Below are positions 1 to 10,793 of a stretch of DNA of 64,000 bases, in pieces. Source of the stretch: Chrysemys picta bellii (lineage: Eukaryota); the NCBI RefSeq assembly GCF_011386835.1, contig NC_088794.1:56854001-56918000 (forward strand), in the 5' to 3' direction. How positions within the stretch are numbered: the first letter of the stretch is position 1; every line of letters begins with the position of its first letter. Position numbers and translations under genes: made by a program. A model generated the notes under the pieces. The model was not told the origin of the DNA and did not search any database. It worked only from the letters and a program-made list of their open reading frames with translations.

Positions 1-786
1 GCTGTGGCTGCTCCATAGCTCTGCAAATGAACCCCCTTGTTGCAAATTACAACCACTAGTCCTTAGCCCCCTGCAGCGTGGGTTACGCCTGCCAGTAAGG
101 TCCATCACCACCTTCAGAAATAACCTGTGCTAACGGCAGCCAGAGGGCGGAGGGGCAGAGCTAGTGAGACAAAGACACTGGTGCTGATCAAAGCACGGCT
201 AGAGTAGAGGCCCTATGCTACTGTCTCTCAGCTGCTCCAGGGCCGGCCTGCCCAGGTTCCACGCAGAAAGTTGGGTTTTCTCCTGGCCTGCCAGCCTTGC
301 AAACCCCCAAGTCTGGGATCTGAGGCCAAATGGCTCAAAGGAGGGACCTAAAGCTAAGCACCTACATACATATTTAGGACCCTAAGCAAGTCAAGCTGGG
401 TCCTTTTCTCCTCTTGCTTCATCGCCTGTAATGAAAGGCTCTTCTGGGCAAATGAGGCCATTGGTGACCCCCATCCCCACTGCCCTCGGTGACCCCCACG
501 TGGCCCTGGTCTTTTCATCTGCTGCCCTTGGAGACCACTGTGCCCACTGCACTCTGCCCTCGGCAGCCCCCATGCGGTTCTGGCCCCTTCACTGGCCTTG
601 GTGAACCCCATAACAGCACCAGGCCCTTCACTAGTGACCCCTGCACAGCCCCATCCCCTTCACACACTGCCCCTGAGGCCCCCAGCACAGCCCTGGCCCC
701 ATCGTGCTCTGATCTCGGTGACACCCTTCCCTGCTGCAGCCATGTCACTTGTAATGGTGTGCAGAGTGCAACCAATGGGAGTGCAG

Positions 787-1046
787 GCCTGCTCTCCACC
801 AGCGTGTGGCCTGGTATAACTCTGCTGGGTGCGATTTTTTTTTTTTACTGAACTAGTTATACCAGCACAAGCCGTAGGATGGGTGCAGTTACTCTGGTAT
901 AAAGGTGTCTTCACCCAGCCTACAGGTTTAGCGATGCTGGTATTAGCACCTTTATATTGTTATCACGGCATCCATGCTAGGGGGTTTGTATCACTAACTG
1001 TTCCAGTGGAGTTAAAATGGTGCAACATTTGGGTGTGGATAAGCCC
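787..1046. mobile_element. Old PIF/Harbinger-type MITE in the SYT2 last intron
   Basis: Ends GTGTGGATAAGCCC followed by TTA, resembling the turtle Harbinger TIR AGTGTAGACAAGCCC plus a TWA target. Left end GGCCTGCTCTCCAC is degenerate. Confidence 0.45.
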
Positions 1047-1442
1047 TTAGCTGCATCGGCTTTGCCTAGCTCGAGGAAGAGGAAGAACTTGCTTCAGAAG
1101 CTAAATTCGGACATGGGGACCAGATGTTCTGTCAATATAGCCCCTTTTCAGGACAGACCTGCCCCTTTAATATCCATTGCCCCTAAAATGAGAAGGGAGA
1201 GCTGTCTGAAGATACAGGCTGAGCTTTGCCTAGCTGCCTGGGGGAGTTGGGAACATGATTCCCATGGGAACAGGTGCTCAGATCCATCAGGCATCATTGG
1301 ACAGGCTGGTACCCGTCTCCAGCCTGTCCAATGATGGACAGGGGAATCTTGTCTACAATAGATTCCCACTGAGTTCTCAGTGGCATCAGGCCATATTGCA
1401 GCTGCGATGTTGCTAATAACACAGCATTTCTGTGTACCCCAG

Positions 1443-1649
1443 AAAGTGCAGGTGGTGATCACCGTCCTGGATTACGACAAGCTGGGGAAGAATGAAGCCA
1501 TCGGCAAAGTATTTGTTGGCTCCAATGCCAGTGGCACGGAGCTGCGGCATTGGTCCGACATGCTGGCTAACCCCAGGCGGCCCATCGCCCAGTGGCACTC
1601 CCTGAAGCCGGAAGAAGAGGTGGACGCATCGCTCGGGAAGAACAAATAG
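1443..1649 (+). CDS. SYT2: Synaptotagmin-2 last coding exon (C2B C-terminal half)
   Basis: Acceptor ccccag at 1437-1442, then [68 protein letters not shown]. The [16 protein letters not shown] end is SYT2-type (SYT1 ends WHTLQVEEEVDAMLAVKK). Adjacent to PPP1R12B, as in human. Confidence 0.97.
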   Translation, partial: KVQVVITVLDYDKLGKNEAIGKVFVGSNASGTELRHWSDMLANPRRPIAQWHSLKPEEEVDASLGKNK

Positions 1650-2975
1650 GAAGCTCCATAGCCCAGCATAACCTACGGACATTCTAAGCGACCCAGAGCT
1701 ATCGATACCTCAGTTATGTAACCTTTGGTTTTTGCTTCCATTTTGTTTTAAGCTGCACTACCCTTTGGTGACTGTGGAAGGGTTTCCAGACAGTCCTGAG
1801 CGCTGTCAGGGGAAATGGTTAAAGACAGGGATGGTTCTTTTCATTCTGCAAAGTCGCTTCCTTCCGCTGCATGTCTCATCGTTTCTACGTGCTGTTCTTT
1901 GAAAGCGTAAAGCCAGCTTCTGCCGTAGGTCCCAGAGGCGCCAGGCCGTGGCAGGACATCGTCTTCCTTTCTCTTCGGTTTTACACTGGGACCTTCAAAC
2001 ATTGTGCTAAGGTGACAGCTGAGCCTGAAAATGTGAGTTGACCAGATACACTGTGCTTGCTTTGGGGATACGTACAGCTGGACTAGGCGGGTCGGTGGAG
2101 AAGAGCTGTGATGAACATCTGGGTGTCTTCGTACGACTGCTTTGACTCCCATCAGCCGCCCAGAGAAGCGAGAGAGCAGCCGCGTTGGGACTGGAACGTC
2201 CAAGGCTCCATCGAACATCTTAAGGTTTAGTTTCTTCTGGTGCGACAGGTGCATTGCTGGGCATACAGACCCTGGGCTATTGCCACCCTGTGGCAGCTAG
2301 GTAGGGTATTGAACCTTGCAGCTCCCCATGTGATTGCCAGAGAAGGGGAGCGGTTACACCGCGGGTGCATGTCTTTGATAACTGAACGTTCACAATTCCA
2401 ATCTCAGTGCAGGACAGAGCACAAGAGAGTCTTGGTTTTGAAAAACAGCATCATGGGATATTTATGCAAATGACCATTGCGAGGCAGGCTTACAGTAGCA
2501 GCTGGACTTGAGACGGGCCCACCCAATCAAGAAGAATCTAGGTTGATTTACCAAAATGGCTGCTTAAAGCCATCCGTGTAGGCTAAACAACGTCTTAAAT
2601 GCAAGCAGCTCTGAGAGGAGTTGCATACATGTCCCATCACGCATTGCACTACTGTACGTCTTCTGAAGATGCATGTCCAGAGCCAGATACGTCCCAGGGG
2701 AGGGTTTAAGGTACAAGGTCTTCAGAACTTAAGGCGAGAGGGTGGAGCTGGGGTGTTAATGAGGCAGGTGCAAATCCCCCCCAGTGTTTCTACCCGTATG
2801 GCTGCATGTGACCCATGCAGTGAGCTGCTCAAATGTGGCGATGTGATGAGAGAGCTTGCTCCAGCCTGCCGCTTGAAGCTGTTCCACTTTAATTAACTGT
2901 TATTGGGGCCAAGCAAAGTCAGAAGCTGCCTCTAGCTCAGGGGTCTGGGCCAGCCCCTGAGATGTTGGACATGCT

Positions 2976-3192
2976 CAGGGCCGGCTCCAGGCACCAGCTG
3001 AGCAAGCAGGTGCTTGGGGCGGCACGTTGGGCTCTTAGGTGGCAATTCGGCAGAGGGTCCCTCGGTCCCTCTCGGAGGGAAGGACCTGCCGCCAAAGAAG
3101 AAAGCGGCGCGGTGGAGCTGCCGCGGATCGCGATCACGGTTTATTTGTTTTTTCCGCCGCTTGGGGCAGCAAAAACCCTGGAGCCGGACCTG
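2976..3192. mobile_element. hAT-type MITE inside the SYT2 3'UTR
   Basis: TIRs CAGGGCCGGCTCCAGG / CCTGGAGCCGGACCTG. Perfect 8-bp TSD GACATGCT at 2968-2975 and 3193-3200. Confidence 0.9.
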
Positions 3193-6100
3193 GACATGCT
3201 GGGTCAGTTCCTGCCTCTGCTTGCTGAGAGGAAGAGTCGGTTAAGTGCTCTTATCCTTGTCCTTGCCTGTTGACGCTAGGCCACTTCCATTCAGTATTAG
3301 GTGGGCCCACCCAAGGGTTAGGAGTGCGCTGTAGTCCAGTGGTTAAGGTACTTGCCTGTGTTGTGGGGGAGCCTAGTGCCAGTCTCCCCTCGGCCCCCTA
3401 AGGAGGGGTTTGTCCTCTCTCCCAGGTGACTGGGGGGGGGGGTCTTTGTTTAAATCCTGTCTCCTTTGCAGGAGCCATTGTCTTCCTGGGAAAGGGAGGG
3501 GGTTTAAACAAGGATCTCCCACCTCTTTGGGAGCAGGGGGCCAGTCTTTGGGATGTGGGCCAATTAATATTTAATTAAAAGTAAAACCAGACCCCCTCCC
3601 TCTGAGTCAGGATGCAGCCTCAAACCAGGCTTGCCTATATCCCAGCTGCAGAGCATAACCAGAGGGCTACAGGGGAACTCACAGCAGGAAGGTCTTAATC
3701 TCCCCTGGTAAAGTTGTTCCACTTTATAGTTATAGGTATTGGGCTCCACAGAGAAACAAGGGAGCTGTGAGGGAGTCCCTCGCTAGGCCCGTGGTTAGAT
3801 GATTTACCAGGCATGGGCAGGATGGGAGTTTGCTAGGGTGCCCGCTGAGTGCTGTGGAGGCAGCGAGCATCTCAAACCAGGTGGGTCGCTTCAGAGAATA
3901 GCGTCTGTGCCCAAAACACAGTTGTCTCATAGAAATGTTGTGGCTATAAACTCTGCCAGTGGGGCACTCCACCAGTAGCTAACACAGCCAGAGCCCCACC
4001 TTTGTGGCCCTGCCAAGGGAGTAGGGCACTGGGACCAGGCTCTCCCACACCCCAGCTTGGGCCTTAACCCCCAGGCCAGAGAGAATTGCCTAGCTGGGCA
4101 CTGTCAATCTCCCCCGTTGACACTGGGCCAGAGACCCAGCACAAGCAGTTGACTTTCTAGCCCAGTAGTAGTGGCCCTCAGCTGGGCTGTATGAGTGTCA
4201 GGTTTAAGTCCCTACCTCGATATGTGTGTATGAAATTGTCTAGACTGCTTGAGCCTGGGCAGCACTCTTATATGGGGGCGTGTGCCTGCAGTGCTTTGCT
4301 TCCTGGCACAAACGAGACCATGCCCCAGTCTTTTCACACCAGGCAGTACCACCCCTCCAACACAGCCCAGAGGCTGGGACGCTCCAGCAAAAGCTGCCAT
4401 CAACTCTGAGTCAGCCTCAAACTTGGCTCTCCCACTCTCCATGGCCCGAGCCTAACCCTGGGGGAAGCCAGGCCTTGAGGCTCTGGCGCTCACGCTCTGC
4501 CCTGTTGAAGCGGTCCCATGTCATAGTGTTAACTAGGCATTGGGCTGAGAGGAAAAAGGGCATTTGAGCCTGTCTCAGGGCCCCGAGTTGCTATAAAATC
4601 TGGGGCAGTGGGGAGTTGTGGGCTAACAGGAAGCCTGGTAAATGCTAGCCAGGAGCACACCCAGGGTGAGAGCCAGCTGAAACACTGAGTGTCTGGCTTC
4701 GCCATGAAACCCCTTGAGATAATCTCAGTCACTGGTGCCCGTGGGATGGGTGAGTAGCTGGCCCAGGGGGCCAGGGGGGGAAGGGAAGTGCTCTCTCACC
4801 CCCTTCCAGCGTCATACACAGCTAAGAGAGGAAGTACGTTGGCTAAGAGAGAGACTGAATCCATTCCAAACAAGGACCAAAGGTGCCCCAAAGGCCAAGG
4901 TATCTGCTGCTTACCACAAGGCCATCTGGCTGATGAATCCAGTCCACTTCCTTTGCCTCTCCAGATATAGGCCATATTCCCCCTCTCTCCCAAAGAGCAG
5001 TGAATGTCTTGAGCCCCCAACCTCCTTTTCAGGGGCCAGGACTGGATCTGATAAGGAAACAGACTCGCGTCATGCCCCCACTACAGTGGTTCCTGAGGTA
5101 ACAAGGAGGACCCACCATCCCATCCCAATTCGGTCCACTCTGTACTGGAGTAGACCAAGCAAGCCAGTTTCCCATTTACCGGCTCTAAGAGGCCTTCAAT
5201 GTTAGTGGCTTTGCTTTGGTTGAACCAGCGCATTGGCTAGTAGCATCTGATGTGCATCCACTCAGTAGCTTCCTTTTCTTCTGAGAGTCCAGTCCTGTTT
5301 TATTCTGGACCTTTTGCATAATAGCCCTTAAAGGACCTCGCTGCAGCCCCGTGACAGCCAGCTCTGGAGTATCCTTGCAAATCTCCCTGATTACCAACTA
5401 CGTTTTCCTGGCAACATGGCTTGGCCTATGGAAGTGTCTTCCCAGGGAAGGTTGCAACTGGCCACACCACTAGCAAACTTACTAGAGGGACTGCTCCTGC
5501 TTTGGCCTCTACCCAGGCTTTCCAGCCCCACAGCTTGTGGTTTAGAGAAGCAGACCGCAGCACCACGCAGCTGCTGAAATGAGATTTTTGTGAGTAGGAA
5601 GAGTGTGAGGAGAGCAAAAGTCATAAGCTTTGGTGGGGCCAGTGGCACAGAGTCCGGGACACCTCACAGGAGGTGGAATTCACCAGTGCCCAGAGAGTCT
5701 AGGTCGTGCAGTTGTCAGTTTCACACCCCTTACCCCCTAGTACAATTGGGGAATGTTTCACTCCCAACCCCCTCTCCACCCTATCCTTTCTCTCCGACAG
5801 TTATTGATCCTTTAGTTGTACACTCCACACACACACCCAACCCCTTACCTTTTAAGTCCTGCTGGAGCTTCAATATTTAATCAGCAGGAGAGCTCCGTGC
5901 ACCCATGAGCCTGGCAGTGGGGCAGTCCTACTACCTGTAACTAGGGAAGAGTAAGTTTGGTCCCAGTTCTAAGAGCCAGGAGGCTGCTGAGGGTGCTTGG
6001 GGACCGTTGTAGGAGGGAGCCCTCCGTACAGGAGCTTTAAACACAAGCCAGCCTCATTGCTGATCGTACATCCTTGCTGCACAACGGCGAAGGCTAGGAG

Positions 6101-7055
6101 GTCTAAGGAGCAGAGGCAGCGATTCCCCACAACAGAGTGTCTAAGCCCTGCACCCGGCTGCCTCAGAGCTCCTGCTACCTTTGAGGGACGGGAAAGAGCA
6201 AAGCAGCCCTCAGCAGGTTACAAGCATGATCTAAGGAGTGTGCCCTTTTCTGAGACGGGGGGGCGTCTGCCTGTGCTAGACACAGATCTACCACCTCCTC
6301 CAGTCCATAAGCAAAGCTGGTCCAAGAAAGTGAAAGGTTAATGGGAGTTTTCTGAACCAAGGTGACAAACACACCACAGCTTTGTGATTGTGACACAAGC
6401 AGACGAATAAACCCAACGGGCTCTGCTTTCACACCAGGCCTTGGCCTGTTGCCCCATCCTACTTACTTCTATTGTTGGGGTCCTTAAATCAGCCTCTAAT
6501 GCCGTGGCCCACCACCGCCTGGCCTAGTGTTCAGTTTATTATTACAGAGAATACTAAGAGTGTTAAAAAACAATCATATATGGGACTGGGGGGAGCAGGA
6601 AAGAATAACTGGGTGAGCAGAATGCGCGTTCAACATACCCGGCTTAGGACTGGCGTAGGGCACAACTGGTGGGTGGGGCACGGGGGGGGGGGGGGGGGGA
6701 GGGACACTACCAACCCTCTCTCCCTCCCATTTTGCTCCCTTTTCCACTGGCCTCTATCAGGCGTCAACTCCTCTGCAATGGACAATGCACCCCACCCTCC
6801 CCCCAAATCGAGTCCTGCGCTATTGAATTTGGCACATTTTTAACTTGGACTGTTTAAAAGAGGGGGAGGAGGAGACGGTGGGAACTGTGACTTAATACTT
6901 TTTTTTTTTTTTAAAGGGAAAAAAGCTCCCCCACCCCAACATACTCAAGCCATCTGAGCCTCATCCAAAATCCCTTCTTGTATATGTAGTTACATATCTA
7001 TATAGCTAGCTACGAACAGCCAACCTTGGTGACAATGCATGACAGATAACCACTA

Positions 7056-7063
7056 TGTAAATA
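7056..7063 (+). promoter_or_regulatory. Pumilio response element in the SYT2 3'UTR
   Basis: TGTAAATA matches UGUANAUA, within an AU-rich UTR block. Confidence 0.5.
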
Positions 7064-9169
7064 GCAGCATGGTTAGCGCAGACTCCATACACTTTGTTAC
7101 ACCTCAGCCATTGGGCAGGATACACCCAGGCTGCAGAGTTATTTTTAAAATGCGTGAGTGGATTTATTTTACCCAAGAGGACAGAGCAAGACCTATTAAA
7201 AAAACAACCTTTATTGCCCAAGTCAGTAGGCTCAACAATATCCATTTATTTTCAATTAAAAAAAAAATTAAAAATGATAAGGAACAAAGCATGCCTGATC
7301 CATTCACAAATAGTTGAGGGGTAAATAACAAGCCAGTACGGGGGATAATTTCATGTGTGTCTTGTAATCTATACGTGCAAAACTGTATCTTGTTGAATTT
7401 ATGCCATGTCCAGGTAGCGGCAACATTGTGGCTTTGGCGTCCTGTCCCGTGCTGATGCATTTTACTGTCAAAGCAAACTTAGAAGCCATATTAGACCACG
7501 GCCTGCCAGGATCCTCAAGTGGGATGGGCCGACAGGTGATCCTCTGTGTCCTCCTGGTCCCTCTTGGTAATGTCTCTCCCTGTGTTTTGTTAAGGATCTC
7601 CCAAACCCTCGTCCTGGGGGTGGGCTGGCTCAGGACGCTAGCCTTTGCCATGGCCTGGAAGTTAGTCCTCACCATGGCTTTCAGCTACGTCCAAGCTGGA
7701 GCCCCATACTGGTGGGTTTGGACTGGCACAGTTTGAAGCGCTGGGATCCCTTTGTTACATGCCAGGGGCAAATGCTGGAGCTCCTTTGGCAGAGAAGCGT
7801 GGCCTGAGCTCCTCGGTGCTAGCCCTCCCCAGTCTGATGCAGCCCGAGGTCCTGTCCGTTGTGTCATGACAGAGAGAGAACCAAGAGAATCTGATGCATT
7901 ACTGGCCGCCTGTGACTGAGATCGGGCCTGCTATTGCTCCTGACCCTGGCTCTCCAACCTGGGGCGACTGAGCAGAGTTTGGACTCTGTCTGAGCAGGGC
8001 GACCGCCCTCTGGATCAAGGGCAGCCCCTGGACAGCAGGGCCGCATGGGACAGTTCTTGCCATTAGTGGGGCCGAGTTGTAACATTTAAACCAGCTCTTG
8101 AGCCCCCCCCCCCCCCCGGGAGACAGGAGTGGGTTGCAACCACACAGCTGTTGGTGGCTGTGCCGGGGGCCTGGGACCCATCAGCCGCACTCTCAGCAGG
8201 GAGCATTGTTTGCCATTGGGACAGATGAGCCGGGATCCTGGTGCATTAAGAGGCTTCAATGCAGACTGGACGTTCCCCTAAGAGGGATGCTCTGTCTCGT
8301 GCTATGCAGGAGCTCAGAGAAGAGCAGAATGGCCCCTGTACCCCTCACCACCATGGATGTGTGCGCCCACTGCAGCCCCCCAGGACTGGGGTGCAGCAAA
8401 TCCAACCCTGCCCCTCTGAAGCAGCTCATGGGAGATGTGGCCAAAGCTGCAGCAATGGGGGAAGGGAGCTGGGCAGGCGAGAGGGGGAGCGAGGGCTGCT
8501 GCCGCAGCACAGATCAACCAGAGCGCACGAGGCTGCAGCAGGCGAAGGACTGACCCGGTCCTCAGCCCCGGAGCGAGCCCAGCAGGGGACGCAGGGCTGG
8601 CCGGCCCTGCCCTGCACGCTGTGGCCGGCCTGGGTCTTGGGATCAAGCAGCAGGGGAGGGAGCTGTAGGCAAGAGGAAGCCAGCTCACCCGGGGGAGGGA
8701 GTGGGGGCCATGTCAGGCCTTCACGCCCTGCATGCGCGGCTGCAAGAAGCTGGGAAATTCCTGCTGGCAACAGGGGGTACGTCCCATTTCAGTGTCCGCC
8801 CTCCGAGCACAGGCCCATGGGTAACAGCCACCAGGCTCTGCTCTGCTGCCTTGGGGAAGGAAAGGGATCTCAGCCTTCAAATCTGGACATTCAAGCACCA
8901 GGCTGGGCCAGGGTGGGGTCCCGCCTTCCTGCCCCCTCCTTCCACTCCCCTCCTCCTGAGGGGTCTGTATACAAATCTCCCTCCCCCCAAAGTCTTGAGA
9001 TCATCCCAATCTCAACCCCTTCCTGGCCTCTCCCCCAGTGCACCCGTCTCTGCAGCACTGAACTCCGGCAGGAAACTGCTTTTAACACCCCCCTGCCCCC
9101 CCTTGTGTGGACTCTGTTGTTTCTGTGTCTATTGTCAAACTGTTATTTTGTAACAATGTCCGTCTCCTT

Positions 9170-9175
9170 ATTAAA
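9170..9175 (+). terminator. SYT2: Candidate distal SYT2 polyadenylation signal
   Basis: ATTAAA preceded by TGTTATTTTGTAACAATG and followed ~30 nt later by CCCTGTTGTGTT. Confidence 0.65.
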
Positions 9176-9894
9176 GAAACGAGCTGAAAGCAGCAACTGG
9201 GCGTCCCTGTTGTGTTAGCGCGGCTAGGCCCTGGGCGCCCCAGGGCTGAAGCAATGAGGAACAGCCTCAGCCCTGTAGCCGGGATCACAGGGCGGTTCTG
9301 CCCCCACCCTGAGATCGCTAGGGGCAGCTCAGGGCCCTACAGCAGCGTAAGCCAGTGGGAATGCAAATCTGACGCCTGCTGGGGCTCTTCCTTGCAACAT
9401 GCGTCTCACAGGCCCTGCTGCTCCAGCGTGGTTGTCCAAGCACTGGAGTGAGAAAGCAGGAAGGAGGTGAGAATCAAAGAGCTGAACGGGGGCTGGAGGA
9501 GAGAACAGGCTCAAACCCAGCTGCGTCTCCACCCCCCCTTCACCCAGCTCTCGGGCGTGGCAATGAAATCCACAGCCAGTAAACACCGGAGAAAATATTA
9601 GGAGCAGGCGTGTCCTGTGTCCCATCCAGGCCCTCCGAGCACTATTGAGGATTTACATGTTTCGTTTCAAGGTCGAGACAGCGGGCACAGAGATGGTAAC
9701 AAATGCACAAGTAGCTCATGGAGCTTTTTACAGATTGATCTAGGTTTGGTTTGTGGAGGTTTGAAAGAAACAGTAAAAAAAAAAGCTAAACACATTCGGA
9801 CTGGAAACAAGGCACAGACTTGGCGCCGTCAGAACAATTTACCAAAGTTCGCAGGGGCTGGATGGTTTTCTAAAGGATCTGCTCTAGTTCAAAC

Positions 9895-9982
9895 AGGAAT
9901 GAACTCAGGGAAGTCCTATGGCCGGGGGGGGGTCAGACTGGATACCCACCAGTGGTCCCTTCTAGCCTTGGAATCTATGAAA
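9895..9982 (+). mobile_element. CR1 LINE 3' tail fragment
   Basis: GGTCAGACTGGATACCCACCAGTGGTCCCTTCTAGCCTTGGAATCTATGA matches the CR1 3'UTR hairpin plus TTCTATGA-type tail. Confidence 0.7.
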
Positions 9983-10558
9983 AAACCCTGCAGGAAGATG
10001 GGAAGCAGCTGGCACTTGCTGCATTCCAAGCGCCCCAAAACTCAGGCTCTGCTCCTGGATGGCTGGTGCCGTGGGGCCGCAGATGGCTCCGCGTATGGGA
10101 GAAATCCCAGAATGAGGGTCCTGAGATCTTGTCTGTCTGGGCAGCCATAAGGGGATTGGAAAAAATCAGGTTGCCTGGCCACCTCCCCCACCCAGCCCCA
10201 CGCCCAGTGGCAGGGTGTGTGCTGAGCCAGTTAGAGCTGCAGGAAATTATAGCTTCCAAACTGTGTAGGGTGCGGGCCTGAAGGTGATGGGCTACTCTGA
10301 GTGCGGTAACACCCAGCAGCTCCAGGCAAGATCAGGGCCCCCCGGGCATGGTGCAGCGCACACAGAGGGACACACGATCCCTAGGAGCTGGAGTCTGCTC
10401 ACCTGGTTTCACTGAAGCCCCAGTAGCCAGGAGTCAAGTTGAACCAACTCTCCGAGCACTGGAGCTAGGGGGTGGTCTCCCCCTGCTGGCCACGTGTAGC
10501 AATGGCGGGCAACCGCATCGCAACTCTCACCACACCTGGTAACTTGAAACAAAGACAG

Positions 10559-10793
10559 GTTTCAGAGTAGCAGCCGTGTTAGTCTGTATCCGCAAAAAGA
10601 AGAACAGGAGTACTTGTGGCACCTTAGAGACTAACAAATTTATTAGAGCATAAGCTTTCGTGGACTACAGCCCACTTCTTCGGATGCATATAGCTATATG
10701 CATCCGAAGAAGTGAGCTGTAGTCCACGAAAACTTATGCTCTAATAAATTTGTTAGTCTCTAAGGTGCCACAAGTACTCCTGTTCTTTTTTTT
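10559..10793. mobile_element. Penelope-like element remnant forming an inverted pseudo-LTR palindrome
   Basis: Starts GTTTCAGAGTAGCAGCCGTGTTAGTCTGTAT, a typical turtle PLE end. 10594-10693 and 10694-10793 are inverted copies with no spacer (2 mismatches, 1 G-T pair). Confidence 0.88.
10648..10687 (-). ncRNA. Variant minimal type-I hammerhead ribozyme motif (left arm)
   Basis: Minus strand reads GCAU-CCGAAGA-A-GUGGGC(UGUA)GUCCAC-GAAA-GC-UU-AUGC. Stem I is GCAU/AUGC, stem II has 6 bp, stem III is palindromic AGCU. The core has C where the consensus has U4. Confidence 0.55.

Larger units (their letters stand above)
1650..9195 (+). other. SYT2: Putative long SYT2 3'UTR (~7.5 kb)
   Basis: Follows the SYT2 stop. 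UTR-like AU-rich blocks at 6890-7270 and 9100-9175. End inferred from ATTAAA at 9170 and a downstream GU-rich tract. Confidence 0.6.

Noticed and set aside
2962-3273. Three overlapping short ORFs
   Set aside because: They span a non-autonomous MITE and show no transposase motifs.
7862-8084. TGTCATGAC...GTTGTAACA LTR-like ends
   Set aside because: Imperfect termini and no TSD, so the call cannot be supported.
8259-9218. 319-aa plus-strand ORF
   Set aside because: Low-complexity GC-rich translation with no recognisable domain or splice structure. It lies in the inferred SYT2 3'UTR and overlapping ORFs exist in several frames.
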